From a virus (Duplodnaviria; Caudoviricetes), in the IMG/VR virus record IMGVR_UViG_3300002158_000009, positions 1 through 31,457 of that record: a stretch of DNA of 31,457 nt. One strand, given 5' to 3'. The notes beneath the pieces were generated by a model, which saw only the letters and a program-made list of their open reading frames with translations, did not search any database and was not told the DNA's origin. Below, piece by piece: positions 26,340-31,457 of the stretch (position 1 is its first letter; every line of letters starts with the position of its first letter). A program made the translations under genes and the position numbers.

Positions 26340-27370
26340 TGGCAGTACAACCAGCCGCCACGCTCTCCCCGGTGCCGGAATTCCCGGCGCTGTCGGATCG
26401 AGCGGCAGGCACCTACAACAGCAAGGCCTATGCATTCGGCACGCACATGGGCGGGCCAGGGCCATTTGTGCCGGAAATCAATGCGCTCTCTGCCAATGTC
26501 CAGCACAACGCGCAGGAAGCAGTCGCAGCGGCGGGCGGCTCCGGTGATGCCAAGCTTGCAGCGGAGAAGGCGCGAGACGACGCGATCACAGCCAAAGGGC
26601 AGTCCGAAACTGCACGCAATGCGTCGGTCTCGGCAAGAGGTGGATCTGAGTCGGCACGCGATGGCTCGATCACAGCCAAGGGGCACTCTGAAGCAGCGCG
26701 CGACTTGTCCATCGCGGCCAAGGGCGGGGCTGAAACAGCCCGAGATGCCTCCATCTCTGCGAAGAATGCATCTGAAGCTGCGCGTGATGCATCGAAGGCC
26801 TACCGCGACCAAGCCGAAGTGTTCGCGTCTGCTCAGTTGAAGGGCAGCAGCACAACCAGTGTCACACCTGGCGCCGGCGCGAAGACCCTCGGTATGGAGC
26901 CATCGCGCTCGTTTGTGGCGGGCATGTACCTGGTGGTCACGTCCGCAAGCGACCCTGGTACTCGCATGAGCGGCTACGTCCAGAGCTACAACCCAGGCAC
27001 CGGCGCTCTAGTCATTGGAGTTGACGCGTTCGCGGGGACTGCAGCAAAGGCGGACTGGGTGATCGGGGTGGCTGCGCCAGGTGCTTCAGCCTGGATGACA
27101 ACGCAAGTCATCACTGCATCGACTGTCGCTGTGCCGGGTGTGTTCTACGTTCTGGCGGCTGCCGGAATCACGCTGACGGTGCCAATCAATTTCGCTGCAG
27201 GCCAGGCCTTTGGGTTTGGGATGTCGCGCGGCATCTGGGCTGCAAACATCGACTGGCAGTCAAACAAGCTCAAGGGTCGCAGTCCTGGCGTGATGCAACT
27301 GCTGTCCCAAAACGATTCAGCGGTATGCCGCTGGGTCAATGCAACTGATGGATTTATGGAGGCAGCATGA
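26339..27370 (+). CDS. Tail fibre protein (343 aa)
   Basis: Coiled-coil repeats followed by beta-rich domains; stop/start overlap. Confidence 0.75.
   Translation: MAVQPAATLSPVPEFPALSDRAAGTYNSKAYAFGTHMGGPGPFVPEINALSANVQHNAQEAVAAAGGSGDAKLAAEKARDDAITAKGQSETARNASVSARGGSESARDGSITAKGHSEAARDLSIAAKGGAETARDASISAKNASEAARDASKAYRDQAEVFASAQLKGSSTTSVTPGAGAKTLGMEPSRSFVAGMYLVVTSASDPGTRMSGYVQSYNPGTGALVIGVDAFAGTAAKADWVIGVAAPGASAWMTTQVITASTVAVPGVFYVLAAAGITLTVPINFAAGQAFGFGMSRGIWAANIDWQSNKLKGRSPGVMQLLSQNDSAVCRWVNATDGFMEAA
26561..26812 (+). repeat. Six degenerate 42-bp (14-aa) coding repeats
   Basis: AEKARDDAITAKGQ / SETARNASVSARGG / SESARDGSITAKGH / SEAARDLSIAAKGG / AETARDASISAKNA / SEAARDASKAYRDQ. Confidence 0.85.
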
Positions 27371-28140
27371 GCTTTTATTCGGATTATTTTGACGGTGGTG
27401 GTGGGGGAAAACTGCGCTACCAAGAGTTCTTGTCGTCTGGGACGTTTACCCCTCCTGCAGCACTTTTGGCGAGCGGCGGGCAGGGCTGGGTCTTGCTGGT
27501 TGGTGGCGGTGGCGGTGGAGGTTGCACGCGGGGCGGCGGCGGTGGTGGGGGTGCCGTCTTGACATTGCCGATGACGTTTACCGGACCTGTTGCGGTCACT
27601 ATCGGCGCTGGCGGCGCTGGCGGGACTGTGTCAGGGGTTGGCAACGGCACTGCGGGTGGAGCCACGTCTGTTGGATCTGCGTCTGTGCCCGGCGGTGGGT
27701 ATGGCGCTGGCGGTGTGAGTGGATATCAGCGAGGTGGCAGCGGAGGGGCGGGAGGCGGCGGCAGTGGGGTAAATACGGGAGGCGGTGGTGGGGGCGCCGG
27801 TGGCCCTGGCTATGGCAGCGGCACCGGGGCAGGCAGTCAGGGGCGCGGTGGCGAGGGCCTCTGGGGCGGTGGTGGGGGTGTTGGTGGCTCTGGCAATGGT
27901 GGCGTTGGTGGTTTGGGCATCAACGGATATGGCGGTGGGGGCGGAGGTGGAGGAGATGGGGCTACCAACACTCCTGGGCTGGGTATGTCTGGCGGCGGTA
28001 GTGGCGGCGCGGAAGGCAACCCTGGTGCGCCTGGTAGCGCTGGTGCGGCAAATCGTGGTGGCGGCGGCGGCGGTGGCGCTTTCAACGCTGTCGGCGGTGC
28101 CGGGGGATCGGGCTTCGTGAGAATCTGGTGGTACGAATGA
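27367..28140 (+). CDS. Glycine-rich tail/adhesin protein (257 aa)
   Basis: EFLSSGTFTPP, VLLVGGGGGGG, many polyglycine runs, GGSGFVRIWWYE end. Confidence 0.8.
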   Translation: MSFYSDYFDGGGGGKLRYQEFLSSGTFTPPAALLASGGQGWVLLVGGGGGGGCTRGGGGGGGAVLTLPMTFTGPVAVTIGAGGAGGTVSGVGNGTAGGATSVGSASVPGGGYGAGGVSGYQRGGSGGAGGGGSGVNTGGGGGGAGGPGYGSGTGAGSQGRGGEGLWGGGGGVGGSGNGGVGGLGINGYGGGGGGGGDGATNTPGLGMSGGGSGGAEGNPGAPGSAGAANRGGGGGGGAFNAVGGAGGSGFVRIWWYE

Positions 28141-28571
28141 TCAAAAACTACGCACTCATCAAAAGCGGCTGTGTCGAGCAAGTCATCGTTGCTGACGCAG
28201 ATTTTGCGGACGCGGTCCGCGCGCAGTGGGACCACGTAGAACCGGCGCCTGAAGGCGTCGGCATTGGCTGGTCATGGGATGGCCAGGCATTCGCCGCGCC
28301 CCCAGCACCTGACCCAGGGCCGCAGCCTGCGGCTGTGCGCCACATCAGCGTCGGCGCGTTCTTTGACAGGTTCGGCGCTGAAAAGTGGCAGATCCTGGCC
28401 GATGAGACTGCACAGTGCAAGGCGGTGATCCAAGACGCAAGCGTGCGCAAGTACATCGATCTCGACAACCCAGACTTGCCTGCAGGCCTGGCGATACTGC
28501 AGGCTGCAGGGCACGCAATTGATCCGGCTGCGATCCTTGATGTGCCGATCCAGCCGCATGAGCTGCCCTGA
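28137..28571 (+). CDS. Tail fibre-associated/assembly protein (144 aa)
   Basis: YALIKSGCVEQVIVAD, GVGIGWSWDGQAFAAP; ATGA overlap. Confidence 0.7.
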   Translation: MIKNYALIKSGCVEQVIVADADFADAVRAQWDHVEPAPEGVGIGWSWDGQAFAAPPAPDPGPQPAAVRHISVGAFFDRFGAEKWQILADETAQCKAVIQDASVRKYIDLDNPDLPAGLAILQAAGHAIDPAAILDVPIQPHELP

Positions 28572-28589
28572 CAGATGACACCCCACAAC

Positions 28590-28612
28590 AAACCGCCTTC
28601 GGGCGGTTTTTT
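28590..28612 (+). terminator. Intrinsic terminator
   Basis: aaaccgcc-ttcg-ggcggtttttt with a UUCG tetraloop. Confidence 0.8.
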
Positions 28613-28631
28613 CATGCCCGGAGGAGGGCAT

Positions 28632-28958
28632 ATGGACAACAACTGGTTCGATCAACTTCTACCCAAAGTGCCGGGGATTCTCGGCAGTGCAGGAGCGCTT
28701 ATGTGGATGCAAGGGACATGGCCCCGTAAGGGGGCAATGCTGGTGCTCGGGATCGCAGCGAGCAACTACGGTACGCCTGACTTCGTGCTGGCGACAGGGC
28801 TTTCCGAGGGCCTCGCCGGCTTCGTCGTTGGCATGTTCTCGATGACTGCTGCCGACTGGGTGTTCCGCGCGTGGGATCAATTTGCACTCGGACCGCTGCT
28901 CAATGAGTGGGTGCGCAAGCGCCTGGGCCTGCCGCCGAAGGATGGAGGTGCCGTATGA
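28632..28958 (+). CDS. Holin (108 aa)
   Basis: GGAGG RBS; two to three hydrophobic segments and a charged C-terminus; overlaps the endolysin start. Confidence 0.75.
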   Translation: MDNNWFDQLLPKVPGILGSAGALMWMQGTWPRKGAMLVLGIAASNYGTPDFVLATGLSEGLAGFVVGMFSMTAADWVFRAWDQFALGPLLNEWVRKRLGLPPKDGGAV

Positions 28959-29404
28959 CCCCCCATTTCAGTCTGGCCGAACTCACGGCCAGCGCCACGG
29001 CACAGCGCCAGGGCCTGAATAACACGCCCACGCCCGAGGCTCTGAAGCGCTTGGCACTCACTGCCGCGATGCTGGAGCGTGTGCGCGCGCATCTGGGTGT
29101 GCCCATCGTCGTGACCAGCGGGTACCGTTCGCGTGCAGTCAATGCAGCCGTTGGTGGAGTCACAAGCAGCGATCACGCGATAGGAGCGGCCGCAGACATC
29201 GTGGCGCCCCAGTGCGGCACGCCCTACGCCGTGGCCAAGGCCCTGGCCCCCCACGTCAACGCATTGGGCATCGGGCAAATCATCTATGAGTCCGTGGGCG
29301 GCAAGCGCTGGGTGCACCTGTCTACACGCACGCCGGACAAGCCCGTCAATCGCCTGATCACTGTCAGTGGCAAAAGCACGCTGGTGGGCATTCAGGAGGT
29401 TTGA
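28955..29404 (+). CDS. Endolysin, peptidase M15 family (149 aa)
   Basis: HFSLAEL, VTSGYRS, SDHAIGAAAD, WVHLS zinc-peptidase motifs. Confidence 0.92.
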   Translation: MTPHFSLAELTASATAQRQGLNNTPTPEALKRLALTAAMLERVRAHLGVPIVVTSGYRSRAVNAAVGGVTSSDHAIGAAADIVAPQCGTPYAVAKALAPHVNALGIGQIIYESVGGKRWVHLSTRTPDKPVNRLITVSGKSTLVGIQEV

Positions 29405-29406
29405 CC

Positions 29407-29982
29407 ATGGCGGCCCTGAATCCCCAATCCTGGGCCGTGCGCGTGGCTGCGGCGGCGCTGCCCTATGTGCTGCTGGGTATGGCCTGTGCTGCCACCGGCG
29501 CGGCCGGTGGCTGGCATTTCGCGGGGCAAGTCTGGCAGGCCCGCTACGACCGCGAGGCGCTGGCTCGTGCCGCGGGTCAGCGTCTCGCGGATAAGGCCGC
29601 TGACCTCAAGCGCCAAGTCGAGCGCAAGACGGCTGACACGGCGGCCGTCGAGCACGCTGAGGTGCTCGATACCCTGAAAAAACAACTAGGAGGCGCACAT
29701 GCGCAAATCGCTCTGCTATCTCGTCGCCAGTGTCTCGATGCTGGCACTGTCCGCATGCTCAACGACATCGGCGCCCCTGACTCCGGTGCAGATGATGTGC
29801 GAGCCGCTGCCGGCGACTCTGCGCGTGCGGCCCCCGCCCCTTCCCCCGCTGCGCACGACGCTGCCGGATACGCAAGCGAGCGGGACGTAGCCGAGGGGCT
29901 GGTTGTGTGCCGGACAGGCTATAAAGCGCTGTCTAGCCAGTTGCACAGCATTTTGGATATTGAAGACGCGCGCCAGCCGTGA
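29407..29982 (+). CDS. Rz: i-spanin (Rz-like)
   Basis: N-terminal TM, coiled coil, Cys residues; follows the endolysin. Confidence 0.75.
   Translation: MAALNPQSWAVRVAAAALPYVLLGMACAATGAAGGWHFAGQVWQARYDREALARAAGQRLADKAADLKRQVERKTADTAAVEHAEVLDTLKKQLGGAHAQIALLSRRQCLDAGTVRMLNDIGAPDSGADDVRAAAGDSARAAPAPSPAAHDAAGYASERDVAEGLVVCRTGYKALSSQLHSILDIEDARQP
29699..29890 (+). CDS. Rz1: o-spanin lipoprotein embedded in Rz (+1 frame)
   Basis: GGAGG RBS; signal peptide with lipobox LSAC; Pro-rich mature region. Confidence 0.8.
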   Translation: MRKSLCYLVASVSMLALSACSTTSAPLTPVQMMCEPLPATLRVRPPPLPPLRTTLPDTQASGT

Positions 29983-29985
29983 GTT

Positions 29986-30016
29986 AAAACCTGCGGCAGT
30001 GCGCCGCAGATTTTTT
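29986..30016. terminator. Bidirectional terminator at the end of the late operon
   Basis: aaaac-ctgcggc-agtgc-gccgcag-a-tttttt. Confidence 0.65.
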
Positions 30017-30134
30017 ATTAATAAGAGTTGCTAGGCAACTTGTTTAATTCTGGTTTTTATTCAAATTTCTTTATAAAAAAGTATTGATGTATGAATTAAT
30101 TTGGTGAAACATTATATTTGACAATATACCTGTT

Positions 30135-30905
30135 TCATTTTCTTTGCCCTTTGGATAGTCTGCCAGAAACGAATTTTTGTCCTGGGAAAAGTTCTCGACC
30201 AATGGCTAAAATCTGGTCGTGTAAAATTTCTGTATCGTTAAAGATTTGTGTTATCAGCTCATGGCTATTCTCGGCGATCTGTATGGCTCCATTGAAAATG
30301 CTTAAACCTATGGATTCTTTTATTTCTTCTGGACTAGCTAGTTTATTAATTAATTCTTTATTGTGAAATGCTGGTTGAACTTGTTCTACATAGAATTTGT
30401 TCCGTTGTCTAACAGCGTCTATAGAATGATGAAAGCCATCTTGCTGAATTGTTAGCTTGAGCAATATTTGTGGGTTGCTGGAGAATAGTATAAAACTAAT
30501 TTTTTCGAAACTAATGAATAGATTTGAGTAATCTGGCGGATTGTACGCAGGCATCAAGAATGCTTTTGAATTTGTGCTTGAGTATTCTTCGTATCTTGAT
30601 AAGATATTTTGTAGTGCGTTTAGCTGATTTACTATGATAAATAGAGCTATATTTAATTGTGCATGATCATTTTTAAATTGATTCTTCTTATCTTTCATTT
30701 CATTTAGTCTGAAAGCTGCTGTTGCGCCTGCCAGTGTTGAAATTAGTGTTAGCCCTGCTGTTCCAATATCTTTTTTTTCAATGCCTTCGGTTAGAAATAG
30801 AAGTAGGCACATTAAGAACAAAAAAAATACTAACATATTGAGAAAATTCTTGTCTTCAGATAGATTTTCTATTTTTTTTGAAATGTCTTTAATTTTATTA
30901 AACAT
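30135..30905 (-). CDS. AT-rich accessory membrane protein of unknown function (256 aa)
   Basis: Two N-terminal hydrophobic segments, charged linker, helical domain; strong compositional break from the phage core. Confidence 0.75.
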   Translation of the reverse strand: MFNKIKDISKKIENLSEDKNFLNMLVFFLFLMCLLLFLTEGIEKKDIGTAGLTLISTLAGATAAFRLNEMKDKKNQFKNDHAQLNIALFIIVNQLNALQNILSRYEEYSSTNSKAFLMPAYNPPDYSNLFISFEKISFILFSSNPQILLKLTIQQDGFHHSIDAVRQRNKFYVEQVQPAFHNKELINKLASPEEIKESIGLSIFNGAIQIAENSHELITQIFNDTEILHDQILAIGRELFPGQKFVSGRLSKGQRK

Positions 30906-31107
30906 GATTTTATGTGTGTCAATTTGCCTAAAAAAGTATTCGCCATGAATTGATTATTATTTCTATGCCTGAAATTCGACCCAATGTCTGGTGCGCCTAA
31001 AACGTAAGGGTGATGAGATTCGTCCTATAGAGATGGTAAATAAATTTTTGACTGATGTCATATTTTTGCTTTAGATCATCCAAAATAAATAATCCATAAC
31101 TATAAAT

Positions 31108-31133
31108 AAAAAGAGCCCAAAAAGGGCTCTTTT
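31108..31133. terminator. Bidirectional intrinsic terminator
   Basis: aaaaagagccc-aaaaa-gggctctttt. Confidence 0.8.
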
Positions 31134-31148
31134 ATGATGACAGAGATT

Positions 31149-31457
31149 TCAGCGCGGGAAATTTTTCCTCATCTCATTATAATTTTCATAGATCCATGCT
31201 TGGATTTTATCCCGCCCCTGGATGTTTGAAGGAAGAAGTTCATGGATCATCCATTCGACAATTCGCCTGCCTCGTTGAATTCCTTCCTCTGAAGCGCCTT
31301 GCTCAAATACAATCGAGTTGATCAGAGTTACAACTTCATAGGATTCATGGCGACTGACCCGAGTGCGATCAAGTCGCAATTTCTTTGGATCGTCGCCCTC
31401 CACGGCGGTGTCGGAGTAGTCGGTGTAATACAAGTCAGATTTCTTGAAATCAGCCAT
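31149..31457 (-). CDS. AT-rich hypothetical protein (102 aa)
   Basis: ATG at the window edge; natural composition; followed by a terminator. Confidence 0.7.
   Translation of the reverse strand: MADFKKSDLYYTDYSDTAVEGDDPKKLRLDRTRVSRHESYEVVTLINSIVFEQGASEEGIQRGRRIVEWMIHELLPSNIQGRDKIQAWIYENYNEMRKNFPR

Larger units (their letters stand above)
1..31457. mobile_element. Temperate siphovirus prophage (lambdoid early region, HK97-type head); neither boundary is visible
   Basis: Colinear immunity, replication, packaging, head, tail and lysis modules with no evident frameshift decay; no integrase or att site in the window. Confidence 0.97.

Noticed and set aside
26561-28110. Repeats read as a CRISPR array or DGR variable region
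   Set aside because: They are degenerate coding repeats; no spacers, no template/variable repeat pair and no reverse transcriptase in the window
30990-31017. GGTGCGCCTAA resembling the XerC arm of dif
   Set aside because: No XerD arm (TTATGTTAAAT-like) after the 6-bp spacer

Overview
The window is almost entirely one apparently intact temperate siphovirus prophage: lambdoid early region, HK97-type head, high GC. The CTGT-N8-ACAG LexA box and gene content suggest a betaproteobacterial host, possibly Comamonadaceae; the host is inference only. Gene order: a leftward early operon (cut by the window edge; no integrase or att site visible), an immunity region (XRE repressor, cro-like gene, five 18-bp operator-like sites, pL and pR), cII-like and HTH genes, a TOPRIM-VirE primase/helicase with an iteron-flanked origin candidate, a Q-like regulator, HNH, cos region, terS/terL, portal, S49 protease, capsid, neck and tail genes with a -1 frameshifted chaperone, tape measure, a very compact tail tip, holin, M15 endolysin, embedded spanins, and two AT-rich accessory genes. 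The most interesting items are: (1) a LexA-box-controlled STAS/SpoIIAA-like gene that convergently overlaps a repressor lacking an S24 autocleavage domain, a candidate new antirepressor switch; (2) an AT-rich RelE/YafQ-like toxin with a non-canonical antitoxin inserted between the chaperone and tape measure genes; (3) several candidate structured RNA or cis elements. All calls come from reading the sequence and recognising motifs; no database searches were run.
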